A DNA stretch of 64,000 nucleotides from Chiloscyllium plagiosum (GCF_004010195.1 NC_057719.1:48718914-48782913), one strand, 5' to 3'. Shown: positions 48,514-63,200, numbered from the stretch's first letter. Numbers and translations: made by a program. The notes: a model not told the origin generated them from the sequence alone.

Positions 48514-51500
48514 GTAAGACTGCTGGTAAGACTGAGCCCTTTGTCTTCAGGATCTGCTTGCAGTCCCAATAGTGGCCTCTATTCACTTGGCTTGCTGTGT
48601 TCTTCCAACCTCCTTATTGCCTACTTTGAATTCCAGCACCTGCAGGTTTTTTGTCTCTATTCACCCCTGGAACTGTTGGGGTAACAAAGCTGCCAACCAA
48701 TCTAGGGCAGGACTTCCTGTTTTTGAGGAGCAGTATACCACTCATAACAAATTGACACAGCCCTCAACACATTATCTTTGTAGGGCAATTCGACTTTTCT
48801 CTGGGTAATCTGTCTCTGTAAAATTCATATGCTGATGCCTGAAAGCATTGGAAACATAAATAAGTACCACTAAACTAAAAGTTGGAGGCGTTTGTGTTAT
48901 GAATTTCCAACTTTGCCACCTGAATTAATGTTTTTTCAGGCTTTGAGCTGACTACAAGCTCTGCTGTAGCACTTTGCTTTGATTCTGTTTAGCTTGTAAA
49001 TGGTTGCTTTTCTTCTTGATCCTCCTGTGTGCTTCAACAAATAGCTATTCTATTTTGAAGCAATAAGTATAGATTTTGTTTACTTTGTTTAATTGTTTTG
49101 TTTGATTTTGTACATAAATGCATAAGAAAACAATGCAATGTGAAAACTTTTCAATTCTGAAATAAATATAAAAGCTTATAAATTTAATCAAAGACGAGAA
49201 AAACATCTTACAAAATCAGTAGACTTGAAACTATGATAAGTGAAGTACTGTTCTAATTCAGATAGTCTAATTCTTTCTGTACTCTGCTCCTTAATAACAA
49301 TTGTGAAAAATGACCCTGTGCCTGGCATCCTCCAGTATTTTGGTCTAATTTTAAATCCGTTCAAATGGGTGAGGTTGACTGAATTAAAATCAAGTCTGTT
49401 GAGTCTGTTAAGTTTGTAGACAGTGCTATTTAAAGTATGAAGATGGTCTGTATATCTGTAAAACACTAGCTATTGTACAACAGCACCATTTATAGTCCTA
49501 AAAATAAGAAAGCTTCAGAGGTCTATTTGATTCTTCTTTTGTGTGCGAGGATGTGAATTTTTAAGTGTGGTCATCTTGACAAAAAGATAATACCTGAATG
49601 TGTCATCATCCCCAAACAATTGTTGCAAAAACTCTACTGCATGGAACTCAAAACCTTTGAGTTTCAGTAAAAATGACAGTAATAACTGCTTATAATTGGA
49701 AGTAAAGTTGAAAAAATAAATCAGGCCTTTGAAATATTACCAACAGTTGTGTTCCCCACAAATCTGTTTAGATTTTGATTTAGAAGTCTCAGGCTTAGGT
49801 TGTGCTGGCCCTTTAATTTTTTTGTGACAAGATGTGAAACATTTAAAATATACTTAGAGCATTTCCTGCTGCTAAATCCTGGCAGATTACTTGTAGTCTT
49901 ATCCACCAAAGCAAAAATGCATTGCAAGTATTTGGATATTAAACCTTTGGAGGACTGTCTTTTCAGGAGAGTAATCATTGGTATTAACATTCATGATTTT
50001 AACAGGGGAACTGATCACAGCTGCATTTGAGCTTGGGGTAAGTATTACTGTATTGTTTAAGAAATGCGCTCATTTAAGGTATTAGTGAAGATTAATTAGG
50101 CATGGACTAATATGGATTAATATAGTTTCCAATCACAAATTTCACTTACTTTTATTCAGTAAAATATGCTAAGATTTATTTAATTTTATTAATCCAATTA
50201 AATAGAATTATAAGGAAATAGCTTTCTAATGTATATACAGCTTATTATGTGGACATATTTTCACAAAGCTGGAATGAATGAAATAAATCAGGTTAACAGT
50301 TTTATTATGAGTTTTATGATTTAATGAACTTTAGATGTTGGTGCTATGGGGAACCTCCTTTATAACTCCCAGACATTGTCACCATGGTGGTAGTGGACAG
50401 CCTCAGAACATGGACTCAACATAGATGAGCAGATTTTTCTTTCTTTTGACAGATATGTTTTGTTTGTTTTGCTTTATTCCAAACCTGCTCTTTAATTTCA
50501 ACTATTGTTTCAAAATAATGTGATAACCCTTTAATAACTTTATACGCTTCCATGGCAGATTTAAAAAGATCAAACTCCTCAATGCATTTTGTTATTCATG
50601 AAAATATTCTAAATTAAGCAAGACAATACAGATCAGTGCCAATTACAAAAGAAAAGTAATTTTATGCTATTTATCCATTCAAATTTAAAGAATGTGGTTG
50701 TTTGCTAGTGCAGTATGAAAACCCTGATCTCCACATTCTGAAAGTTGGAAAAGTCTTTCAGTACTGTAAGAGTTAAGTAATTGAATGGATTGTGTCATCC
50801 TATGGGATGGTGAGGTGCTGCAGTGCCAGTGACAGATTAAAAGTGGTTAACCTGTATCCTAATCGCATTGCTACCTTCATTCCAGAATGAAACTGGGAAT
50901 GTATAATTTTAGTGTCAACCTTTTTTACTATAGGTACTTCCTAGCATTTTTCTGTTGCTCAGGGATCAAGAGCATTACAACAAGTCAGTCTGCACTATGC
51001 AAAATCTTCCCAAGCTGCATTCTTCAAACTCATTCAGCATCCCATTATGCTACATCAGGCATAGGCCTCAAACTACTGAGAAGTTAACTGAGTTGCTACA
51101 TGAATCCCAAAGCAGTTCTTACTTAGTACAGATAATATTTGGATGACATTTATACAAAGTGACTTCTATTTTGCTTCATCAAAATAACTGCCCTCACCTC
51201 AATCACAAGATATGATCAAATGAACCAGTGTCTGTAAATAATAATCAAATTGTAGAAAGAAAATATAGCAACAAAATGCAGAAATTCAGTGACTGTCTTG
51301 CATTCTTCTGTAAATAGCATGCTGTCAGCTTCAAACATAAATAACAGATGTGTGATGCAAATGGGAAGAAAATGAAGCATGAAAATATGCGAGTGGAAAG
51401 AGGGAGAATATTTTTACTACATTGTCAATAATTTTTTATTTGGGTTTAAATAAATATGTATAATTTTAGTGTCAACCTTTTTTACTATAGGTACTTCCTA

Positions 51501-52304
51501 GCATTTTTCTGTTGCTCAGGGATCAAGAGAAAGAGGAAAATTACTGAATGGTTGCAGATTTGTGCAGCTGAGAGCTTAAAATGGAGATGAGAGAGTAATT
51601 CCACTCACTTCAGCATTGGAAACTTGATTTCTGAGCCTGGATTAATTGTGAACATGACAATAGCGATGGAGTCTATTTGATGTATTACACAGTGTCAAAT
51701 GTCGACAGCCAGTGAAATCAAAGTCAGCACAGAAAGCTTAAGTCTGTTAGCGTTCTTATACTGAAGAGTGGAGTTTAGTTGGTGACATTCAAAACAAAGT
51801 TTAAATGCTTATATTTACATTAGCACTTGCAAACTGTCTTCAGTGTGAAAAATGCAGAAGACATCTAATTTCCCATGAAAAAAAATGAACAGTAAAAATT
51901 ATGAGGTCAATTGAGAAGTATATTGTGTAGAAACCATTTTCCATTGCATAATCTTTTGAGAAATCTGATTTTCTCTATTTTTATTCAATTTCATGCAAAC
52001 CCTTTCAGTTGGGAACAAGGAATATTAATGTCACAGTGTCTCTATCAGCAGCACAAGGGTTTGATAACAATTATGCTTTTATTGGAACTAGATAGTCAAT
52101 GTCAATTCCCCTATGTCGGGGAACGGAATGCTCCATTATTATGAAGCTTCTTAACTACCAACACTGTTGAAAAATTCTGAAGCTCATCCCAAATATGGAA
52201 AGTACTTAAGTTGCTAACCAGATCACCAATTTAACTCTTCTGCTACTGCACTGACATGACACAAATTACAAATAGTATTTGCAAACTGATTTTTGCGAAA
52301 AATG

Positions 52305-52580
52305 GAATTATATTTAGGTAGCGCTCTTCATGACCTCAGGATATCCTCAACTGCTTTATGCCTAAATAAAAGTACTGTTGAAGTATGTTCACATTTGTGG
52401 GAATGTAGGAAATGTGACAGCCAATTTATTTCCAGTAAGTTTCAATAAAGAACATAGTTCAGATGACCAGATAATCTGCATTTGTGATCCTGATTGAGAA
52501 ATAAATATTGGCCAAGATATTGGAAAGAATCCTCTGCTCTTCTTCAAAATGAATGCTTTGAGATCTTTTAAATTTCCTGT
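52305..52580 (-). mobile_element. Deu-domain SINE (SacSINE1/AmnSINE1-like) 3' part
   Basis: The - strand has GAAGAAGAGCAG...GGCCAATATTTAT...CAGATTATCTGGTCAT...AAATTGGCTG...TTTCCTACATT, typical of the Deu domain. Confidence 0.75.
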
Positions 52581-52599
52581 TGCTCAAACATTTGCGGTA

Positions 52600-53250
52600 C
52601 CTTCCTGGATAATCTGAGGCAGTCTAGACACTTTTCATGACTGAAGTGACAGCTTCAGGCTCAATGTTCAGTGAGAAATTATCAAACCAAGGTAGACATT
52701 ATCAGCATCAAGCTTGCATGGTGAACAAATGATTTGAGCCATACCCAACTATCCCACGTTTGAAAAACACGCAACCTGTTGTTCAACACCAGATATAATT
52801 TTGTAAGTGGCCAACATTTGCTGAATAACCCTGAGCGTGCAAAGAATTATGTTGACAACCAATATAGTATTGTCAATTGGGCTTGTAGTGTAGCACACTT
52901 GCAAGTATTGGAAGCTACATATATTAATATATAGGATCTTCTCCTTTCAGACACATGCATATTGCGCCAAGTTCAACTCAACGAAACAATAATAGCTATT
53001 CACTGACCAATCAGAGTCAACCCGCCTGGTTTAAAATGTAAACAAAACATGGAGCCTAACTGTCAGTCATTATTAACTGATGAATTCTCCATGGCAACAC
53101 CTTTATCAATCTGAGTTCCCCTGTCAACAAATCACCAATTTCTTTTCATACCGTATAAATGTTGATTTCCCCTTACACTGGTATTCATGAATTATCCTCA
53201 TGAGCGTAAGATAAAAGCTTTAACAGAACAATCTTTTATTCAGTTATACT
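52600..53250 (+). mobile_element. Old Penelope-like element 3' part (GIY-YIG C-terminus and pseudo-LTR)
   Basis: Manual translation at ~52809-52930 gives GQHLLNNPERAKNYVDNQYSIVNWACSVAHLQVLEATYIN. Decayed hammerhead-like CTCATGAGCG...AAAAGC at ~53197-53220. Confidence 0.65.
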
Positions 53251-53997
53251 CAGTTTTGAGTAACAAATGAGAAGAAAATTGAATGTTGAAGTGCGACAAT
53301 TAGGAAATGAGAAAATGTAACTGAAAAGACAAAGTTTGAGGTTTTAAAGTCAGCAGAGGAAATGGTAGGATGAAAAAGTTTATAGAAGTGGCTTTTCATA
53401 GCTTTTAAGTGCTCCAATCACCAGGAGGCAGGAATGGTGGAGTTATTATGATATGCTAAATTGAGACAAACTTGTATCTATGAGGGGATGAGGCTAGAAA
53501 ATACAAACCAGACCAGTCTGATCACCAAAGATGACACCACTGCTCATTGCGTTAGCAAGAATAAAAGACACAGATTCAGCTCTACATTTTTCGGGAATAG
53601 ATGCAACTCCATTAGCCTGATACAGAAAATGTAAATAATCACATAGTAACATTAGGGGTTAAACGTCTCTCTCAAATCATCATCATCTATTGCCACCATT
53701 ACTGAACCTAGACAACCAGTTAAAATGGATACATAATTAATTTGCCAGATAATTATTTTCTGGGAGACAAATAAAACAAAATAGACTTCTATCTGGTTTT
53801 ATATCCATTTTGTGGTTTTTAAATGGTTTTTAAATAGTTGGCCTTCCCCTACATGACAGGTGGGTGAGACAAGTATCCTTCAGGCAGATGCTCAGCCTTA
53901 GCTGGAGTAGCTGGGAGCTGTCTGACAGTGAGTGTAAAATTTGGTAAGATGCAAGTGTCATGCCTAATTGACACAAGAGTAGAGATATCAAACTGCT

Positions 53998-54290
53998 TGA
54001 TTAGATTCCCTACAGTGGAAACAGGTCCTTCGGCCCAACAGGTCCACGCCTACCCTCCGAAGAGTAACCAATCCACCTCTGACTAATGCACCTAACACTA
54101 TGGACAATTTAGCACGGCCAATTCACCTGACCTGCACATCTTTGGAACGTGGGAGGAAACCGGTGCACCCAGAGGAAATCCACGCAGACACAGGGAGAAT
54201 GTGCAAACTCCACACAGACAGTTGCCCAAGGCTGGAATTGAACCTGGTGCTGTGAGGCAGCAATGCTAACCACTGATCCACCGTGCCACC
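53998..54290 (-). mobile_element. HE1-type SINE
   Basis: Reverse complement of the HE1 head, body and tail. Confidence 0.92.
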
Positions 54291-56149
54291 ACTGTTATTC
54301 AACAGTTTTTCCATAAATATCTTACTAAGAGATGTGAACTGATTGATGTCTCTTCCTTCATCTTGACCGTGGCTTTGCAGACTTTGGGCATCCCCTACCA
54401 TGGTTACATTGAGCTCTCCCTCAATCACACTTATCATTTCCAGGTGTTTCTGGGTATTTGTGACCTGATTAGTACTCGAGTAGAAGTAAGGAAATGAAGG
54501 GGTTGAGTTCAATGTTTTAAGGGATATCCAGCCATTGTTGGAAAGCAGGTTTGGTGGCTGCTGTTGATTACACATTAGAAGGGGCACAGAGTCTTTGATC
54601 TGGCTCTGCATGCTCCAGGTGTATCATCCTGTAAAGGATCCAGAGTTGTTCTATACAAGATAATCAGACCATTATTTTACCTGCCCAAACCAACACTCTT
54701 CTTGAAGGCTGTAACTGGTCAATATTAGGCCTTGCTGCACAGTCATGTGTCACATGTAGCAGAGCTGTCATTTGATGTAGGTCTGGGAGCCACCCTCATC
54801 ACTGTGAGATAAATAGGTAAGATACCCATGCAAGTCAATAATATTAATGACAAAGATGTTTACCTTCAAGAATGTCCATAGGTGTCCTTAAACCTGCCAC
54901 ATTCATGGACAGTGGACAGACTGGAGGAGACATCTCTAATCTCATTTCAAAAGAAGACATTGATAAGTTGGAGGAGATCCACAGGAGGCAGCTTATTTCT
55001 ATTTTCACAAAGTACAAGACAATCTTCAGTGAATATAATGATGATGATAGGTATTGTGACCAGGTAAGCCTCAGGATTGTGACCATAATTGTTTGCTTAG
55101 TGGATGAGTATGGGTCTGAACATTTGAGCCAGCGTGGCACAATTGAACCCACTAATCATGCACGCAGGCACTTCGGGCTGTGTGGAGCTTCTGGAACAGC
55201 AAGTTTTAAGCAGTGGGTGATAACCATGATGAAAGGCACTTAGCATGGGAGCTAAGCAGTTCTCCAGGACCTCTCACAGTAGGTGGTGATGGTGACAGAT
55301 GGCAGCTACAGCAGTTGATCAGATTCTCAATGGAAAGTAAGGTAATGTTTGTTGGGAAGTGAACTGATGGAAAGGCACAACAGACAGACAGAAAAATTCC
55401 TCACCCGTTGGAACCTACTGTTATATTTGAAAAGTGTAGTATAAATAATTCCTTGTCTTTCCTTGATTTCCCTTAGTGTTGGTAATGACCTGAACCCAGA
55501 GGAATAAAGAATTACTGCTCCATGATCCTTGGACCTTCCACTTATTCAAATCTTTGTTGTCCAAACTAAATTATGTGAACTAAAAAGTCCTTTTAATTTC
55601 TGAAACAATGGTATTTATCAGTGGCTCCGTTCACTGATTAGCAGTTGGGAATCTTTAGCTGGAAAGTAATGGTATAATATGCCCAGGAATTAGATGTATT
55701 CAGAACAGAGTGCATGATTACATATGACCAAATATTAAAAGAATAAGTGAAAGAACACGCATATTCACAATCAAATGAAATGGACAAAATGTTGCTCATA
55801 AATTAACCACGCTTGAAAAAAATCAAATTCACTCATGAGCTTGGTAATACTGCTAACATTCAAAATTTTTCAACGATATTCAGTGGGCCAGCGAGGCAAG
55901 TGCAGTTAAGCCACAAACAAATCATTAATGATCTTATTGAATGATGGCGCAGCCTCTATATGTGAAAGGACCTACTTTTTACAATTCATTCACAAGATGT
56001 GGGCATTCAGTTATTTTGAAAGTGCTCAGGAAGATTACTTTCAAGTTGTCTTCTTGAACTGTTGCAGTTCATGTAGCATAGGTATGCCCACAGGGTTATT
56101 TGGGAGGGAGTTTAAGGATATTGATTAGCAGTAATGAAGGAACAGTGTC

Positions 56150-56520
56150 TATGTCAGAATGGTGGGTGGCTTGGAGGGGAGATTACATATGGTGGTGTTC
56201 CAAAGAATCTGCTGTCTTTGCCTTTCTAAGTAGTAGAATTTGCAGTTTCGAAGGTGCTGTTTCAGGAGACTAGGAGCACTGCCGTAGTGTATTTTATAGA
56301 TGGTGTGCAGTGCTGCCACTGTGAGTTGGTGGTGAAAGGAATTAGTGTCAAAGGTGGTGGATGGGATGCAAATCGAGTTTTGGGCTGTTTTGTCCTGGAT
56401 GGTGTTCAGCTTCTTGAATATTGTTGGAGCTGCACCTATCCTGGCAACTGGACAGTATTCTATCACACTCCTAACTTGTACCTTGTAGATGGTGAACAGG
56501 CTTTGGGAGGTTGGAGACTC
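56150..56520 (-). mobile_element. 3' end of an old CR1-group LINE
   Basis: ORF 56149-56466 has MIEYCPVARIGAAPTIFKKLNTIQDK...HHQLTVAALHTIYKIH. Confidence 0.75.
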
Positions 56521-56654
56521 TTGCTTTTATTTCATTTTTATCCAGCGTTTGATTATTCAATATTCTAAATTCAAATCCCCAAATTTAAAATGACAGTGCA
56601 ATGCGATACAACTCATTTCCTCATGAGTTTGAAATTAGGTAGAGTTTCTGCTTG

Positions 56655-56945
56655 CTTTGGCTTAATGGTGAAGCTCTTGACTTTGAGTCAGAAGGTCATG
56701 GGTTTAAACTACTGCAGAAACTTGAGCACATAATTGAAGTTGATAGTTTAACATAGTGCTGAGGGAATTCTGCACTGTCAAAAGGTGTGCTCTAAAAGAA
56801 GCATTGAACCTGTTTCCTACAGTGGACTTACGAAATCCCATGATAATATTTAAACAGTAATAAGGGAGTTGTCCTAGCCAATTTTTATCAACGGCACTAA
56901 AGCAGATTGTCTAGACATTTATCTTGCTGTTTTTAGAACTTCACT
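56655..56945 (+). mobile_element. Deu-domain SINE (SacSINE1-like), diverged
   Basis: tRNA-like head (TGAGTCAGAAGGTCATGGGTTTAAA), GTGCTGAGGGAATTCTGCACTGTC, then a Deu-like block matching 52305-52580. Confidence 0.7.
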
Positions 56946-58859
56946 GCAAGGGTATGATTGCACAATGACAATGTTATTAAACTAGTAATCCAGAGATGTA
57001 ACCTCACATCCTACAATGGCAGCTCAGTAAATGATACAAACCTGGTATAAAAATCTAGTAATGAGAATTGTGGGCAGAATTTTCCCAGGCACTGACTGTT
57101 GTGGACAATAACAGCTATTGTCTCTTATTGTGAACAATAAGCTAGTTAGAAAATATGGCAAGATAAAAAATAATGAGATTCTCAACTTCAAGAAAAAGAA
57201 GTCTGATATTCCACCTGATGTTTTGGATGAGAATCTAGCTAGTGAGTGGCGAGAATCTATTTGTATGTATTAATATCACATTATTGCCTTATGTCACCTC
57301 ATTGATATGACGCTTGTTATTTTATCAGGCAGTGCAGAGAAGTGGGATGGCACCAGTTCCTGACGTGAAAGTCTGAGCAGGTACCTGGCTGCTGTTGCCC
57401 TTCAATACCTTATCTGGGCCTCCTTGTTGGCCAGCATTCCCCAATACCCGAGGACATATTCCATGGGCAGTGCATTACTGGCTCACTCAGAACTTGAAGC
57501 CTTACAGTACTTCTGTTTTGTATTGCCTTTTGGCTCAGGCACAAAGCCAGGCAGCTTGTCATGGTTTTTAGCAGCAAGCAGTCAAGGGGGTGGACATGCT
57601 GCTGTTCAGCACCACGTTACATCAATGTCACACCTACAGCATGTGCCAGCTCCTTGTGTGGCAGATCCACTAAATATGCTTCAAAGTAATAGTCATGTCT
57701 CAGAGTATAAGGGTATAATCCTCAGACAAATCCAGGGTTGTTAGTCAGAGAGTGTTGCCAATCAGCCAAGAACATTACCTTATCTCAGTTCAGGCACTTG
57801 GTGTATTCACAGTCCAGAATTCTGTACCATTGCAGTCCAGGGAGTGGGCCACAGTCAATCCTGCAGTTCCAGTGCAACCAGTCTGGGGATTAGTGTTAAT
57901 TATTAGGGAAGATTCACTGATATCAGTCAATGGTCTGGTCACTTCTCAGGGATTGGGGCCATGGTCAGTTCTGGAGTCAGTGCACTGCTGTGCCTGGATC
58001 TATTGGTCCTGGTTCCAATGAGCCCATGTGGAGCATATCAGAAAAAAAAAACTACTCCTTTGAAATGTGAGCAATCACAGCATGCACAAATGACAGTTTG
58101 TGTGGTCATTGGGACATATCCAGTAGAACATGGAGTACACTGATGAGGAGGGTTATGGGATATCTGTACATTGACCTTTGAGATAGTAGACCTTCCAATA
58201 CAGCACAGGCCATGTTGTGCAAATACAGAAGGAGATTATAGGTCTGGTAGGATTGCAGAAATGTTGATCCTCTCCAATTCCTCAACTTCCACATCACCCA
58301 AGAAAGACAGGAATGCATGCATGCACTTATCGGCAAATACATACAATTCAAGGTGAGAGGAAACCAGCTCTGTGCCCTATGAGATTTGGATTGTCTTTGT
58401 GAATTGTGACCAGAGGATGAAACTGCAAAAGTCTCCTGTAATGACTTCTGCCTCACAGAGAAGACTATGACTAATTTGTAATGACTAATGACTTGGCCAA
58501 GTTTGTTTGTGTTTGATGTAGTCACAGCCATAACTCTGTGATTACAGATGTCATAAGCCTGTAAGTACTTGATCAACAGAATTGCCCCTTGAAGGCCCTC
58601 ATATCGCTCACAAATAGAGCCCATGCCTTCAGACTGAATAAAGCACTTACGCCATGCACTCTGGGTTTGGTGGCAACTAATTATAATTTCCTTTGCAGAA
58701 GAGGATGGAAGAGAACTCAGGCAATGCTTCACAGAGTGAGCTGTAGGCTCAGCCTGTTAATCCAGGTGGACCCCTTGCCCCCACCAAAGCTTAATGTTCC
58801 TATCTGCCTTGTATCCTGGTTGATCCCATTACATTTGAGATTCTATGCATTCACACTCA

Positions 58860-59430
58860 ATTCTTTTATGCAATTTTATGCAACTAGCTGCTTCCAAGGA
58901 TCCATTGGGTACCTATGTTGAATCGCTCAACTCCTAACTTAACAATGCTTGGAGGCTGTTTCTGATTAATGTATGAAAGATGATACGACTTTACTTTATT
59001 TCTCTGTGATGAAATCACTGTTACAGTTTGACAGTAGCTTTGCATTATAGTTGACTTCTCTCAGGTGCAGGGTGCTATAAACTATACAGACATCACAACA
59101 GAATGTCATAGCATCAGACAGCAGTGTTCATCAATGAGGAAGGATTGCATTCAATCAATGCACAAGTCATCTGTAATCATTAGTTGCACAGCTTGGAGGT
59201 CTGTGCCTGATACCCTGGAAAATGCCATGATGCCTCTATTCTTGATAAACTTCAGGTCCCTTGTGTGTTTCAAGATCCGAATGCCTTACAAGGATGATTG
59301 CTGGGAGACAAGGGCTCCCTCCGCTACCATGGCCAATGACTCTGTTACAGAAATACCTGTCTGAGGCTGAATATGGATATAGAGCTCCCATTCTCTAACT
59401 AGGGCCATGGTGGAGCAGGCTATGCTTGGA
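58860..59430 (+). pseudogene. Second PIF/Harbinger transposase fossil
   Basis: Manual translation gives FYATSCFQGSIGYLC, QVQGAINYTDI, VFINEEGLHSINAQVICNH, YPGKCHDASIL, G*LLGDKG and HSLTRAMVEQAM. Confidence 0.85.
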
Positions 59431-59894
59431 TCAGGCAGGATGAACCTTGCAGTGCAGTCTCGACACACAAACTGTACACAACTGGAGCAGGCAAAGAGGA
59501 TGTGATGGACACCAAAGAGTTGGGACAACAAACATTTGTATTCCAAAGTATTTTAAAGTTTTAATAGTTTTTTTAACACCTTTGATAGTTCTGGCTTTCC
59601 CAATTTACTTTGCTGAAACTGATCTGTTGTGGTCCCATCTGTTCCATACATTCCAAATTCTGGACAGTAGGGGGAGCAGAATAGGATTTAATGGAGATAG
59701 CTGACCGGCTGACTCCATGAACTGCATTAGCATGAAGCCTGGGCTGTCCCCAACTCATCCTCTGCAAAAATTGGAAATGACACAATTGGGATCAGACGCC
59801 TGATTTTCAGAGGAATTTGTCATTTTCATGACAAGTTTAGACCGATGTATTTAACACACAACTCTTAACACTCAGTATTTTTAATTCTTTGTGA

Positions 59895-60200
59895 GCAGAT
59901 AGTGGTTTAGTGATTAGTAATCCAAAGGCTAAAGCTCTAGTGCAATGGGTTCAGATTCCATCACTGTAACTGATTGAAATTAAATACAATGAATAAGAAT
60001 TCTGGAATTGAATGCTAGTCTCAGTAATTATGACTATGCTAACTAAACCAACTGGTTCACTAATCTCCTTTAGGGAAGGAAACTGCCATTCTTACCTGCT
60101 CTCCAGATCAATAGCAGTTTGGTTATTCTTAACTGCCTTCTGCAATGATCCAACAAGCCATTCAGTTCAAAGTTCAGGCAACAAATGATGGCTTTGCTTA
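59895..60200 (+). mobile_element. Second tRNA-derived SINE family, diverged
   Basis: CTGGTTCACTAATCTCCTTTAGGGAAGGAAACTGCCATTCTTACCTG, shared with 37975-38318. Confidence 0.7.
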
Positions 60201-63200
60201 TGGCAAAAAACAAAATGCCCTCTGACATGTCCTAGCCACTCATTTATATCAAAACTGTGATGATGGACTGCAATAGTGCAATAAATTATTTTACTATCTC
60301 CTTCTCAAGGGCAATTAGGGTTAAGCAATAAATGCGGCACTTGACATGCTGCACACATCTTACAAATATGAAAATATGAAAGAAATTCACTAAACCCCAG
60401 TTCATCTTATTTGAATGCAACTAGAATTCACATTTTTAAAAAAACTCATTAAAAATTTGTTTAATTATGTAGACTATGATACTTTTGGTCAGAATTCACT
60501 TGCTGCCCTTTGATGATAGGCTAGTAATGACACAATTCCATTGAGATCAGTTACTTTTCATGTACATGTATTGAATAGCTTCTTTGAATCTTTACAGAGC
60601 AATTATTGTGGATTAGCTGTGATGTACTCAAGACCAATATTCAGCCTGCAGTACAAGCTACCAAACCCATGTTATCCAAAGCAGATTTTTTATTTTTATC
60701 ATTCCTACCTCTAATACCAAAAATATTTTGCTATGTCATGTAACCTCAAAAAATATTTTGACTAAAATAAGATTGTCTAGATATTTACTTGATTCACATT
60801 TACATCACAAGAGCACAATATTAGAGGAAACATGCAGCCCATAAATAAGAGAAAGCATTCCCCCATGCATTTTTAAATAAAAATGGTCAATTTATATTGA
60901 AACCCATTATATTTAAAGGTTTCCCAATTTTAGTTACATTTTCTCTCTTTTTTCCAATCTCCAGTACACTGGATTGATTGCTAATATGCATCACTGACAG
61001 ACCAAGAAAAATTTATTCTTGGAATATCCAGCTGTCAGAAACATTTTAAAAAACATTTGATACCTTGCATGTTTGGCAGAATTTTGAATAGCATGACAAC
61101 TTTTTTAATCTACCAGCATTCAAATTTTTCAGTAAGCTTTTGTAAAACAGAATAAATTTAAGGGAGATTTCCTTGTCAGGTAGTGAATACATAAACACAA
61201 ATAGCTATTGAAAGGTCATTGCTTTGGGAAATTCTGCTCTATCAATGCAATAAATCTTACTCTCTGTGAATGCCAGTGCATCATTAATTCTGTACAGCTT
61301 CTGAAGGGTTAATGTTTTTTAATATATGTTGGTCCCCAGAGTTGCTTTAATATCCTTCCCTTGTGCTTCCATTAAGGGCATTGGATGCCAAAAAATGTGA
61401 TGCTGTTACTAATAAGGAGTAAAAGACAGCATTGACAAATTGTACCAATCGTATGATACTATGCAAATTTTAGTATAACATTACTGCTCATGCTTATTAT
61501 TGGGTTTCTGTAAATTTTGGGCTCCTATTTCAAACAAAAAGCTTTTGGTGCCACTGTTCTGAATCCTTAGGCTCATAATACTCATAGTATGTGGAGTGGT
61601 ACTTCTACCTATACATTAGATGGTCACCTTTGTTCGGTTAATCCGCTGCTAATACTATTGTGGCTAATAATCACATTTTATTAATAAACTCTATTTCAAC
61701 TTGTCCGTTTGGAGCTGAGTGAAAAGTTCAGAATGAAACATCCGGCACTTCCAAAATTTTACTTTCACAATTTCCATTACTGGATTTTTACTTCATAAAA
61801 ATATTTTTGGAAATGTAGGAATTGAAATGAAGTTATATTTTTATTATTTCATCATTGTAATATTATGTTTCTTTGAGTTGCTATAAGCAATGGTAAATAT
61901 TTCTTCTAATGTTAGACTCTTTTATCACTGGAATTTAATTTTAAAAAGCAGTTCCAAGCTTCCTCCGAATGAATGCACTGTTTGTTTGTATACAGTAGTG
62001 CCACACTGGCCTTATTCCAGAAAATGCCTTGTGATCAATTTTTAGTAAAAAGATGCTTTAGTCTATGCAATACTAAACACATTGTTCAAAAATGTTGCTT
62101 GCTAAAGATATTATCTCTTAACATAAGCAGTGTAAAATTACGTATTTAAAATGACAATTATTTTAAAGCTGTTGAATATGTATAATCACAAATTTCTTTC
62201 AGCTTAAATTGATGTAATGTTGTGACATTTTGGTGCCTTTTGATCCAATTTCAAATATACTTATTCCCTATGTGGGAAAGATTTAAATATGAACATGCCT
62301 GAATACAAATAATGTACATAATTTATGAAGTACATGTCTCTCGGGAACATGACAGTTCAAGTGTCAGATTCATCCTGCTGACAATACATACTCACGAGCA
62401 GTATACAAAGTGAACCCTGTCTATGGTAATGGACTGAACATTGACCTATTGATTGAGTGGTACAAGACATCATACAATATCAGCTGGGTCTTTCAAATTT
62501 CATTTGGTGCGTGACATGAATTAACCTCAGGAACCTTGCATGTGCATTTCTATTTCTGATGGTTAAGTTCTAGATAATGTTCAGACACGTTAGTTTGCTA
62601 GTCAAAGTAAAAATTATTTTCAGAGCAGCAAACTGTGCCAAGTTTAAATAACTATAGCTGTCAATTAATAAAGCACAACTATGTCAGCTTTATTAGTGTG
62701 GTGTGATAATAGTTGCACAGCCAACTTTTCATAATTTTTTAGTTATGCTTTTAATAGAAATACATATGAAGTAAAAACTAAATCACTTGAGTTTTTTTCA
62801 TATTTACAGTAATAGTGTTAGTGCAGCTTCAAGTGCTTACAAAATTATATTCAAATTCTCAACGCTCTTGGATAAATTACTATTAGATTATTAACAGATT
62901 AGTATGTGTAATTGTAAAGGAAGACAATGAGCTGAAAAACAATGCACTCAAAATAAAATTGTAATTATTATGTGCATAATAAATGACACTTGCATAAAAA
63001 AAATAAAATCACACATTTGGACTACAATGCAAAGGAGCCATCAAAATAAAACAAAAAAAAATCAAAGTCAATTCAATAACACAACATGCTAGTTGTGTGT
63101 GCTGTTTCTATGAATTGAGAGACTTGGATCAATTGTCAGCCTCCTTGATTGTCATTACTGCGCTACAGATGGCATTTTCATTTCTTATTTAAGCCATTAA

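Noticed and set aside
47528..48586. 352-aa RT ORF as an active or domesticated gene
   Set aside because: It is a 5'-truncated CR1 with no endonuclease, small indels in conserved motifs and a downstream frameshift.
54300..55250. ORFs 54123-54611 and 54872-55243 as exons, or a third Harbinger fossil
   Set aside because: Only faint motifs (GYPLK-like) are visible, and part of one ORF is SINE sequence. Not supportable without a profile search.
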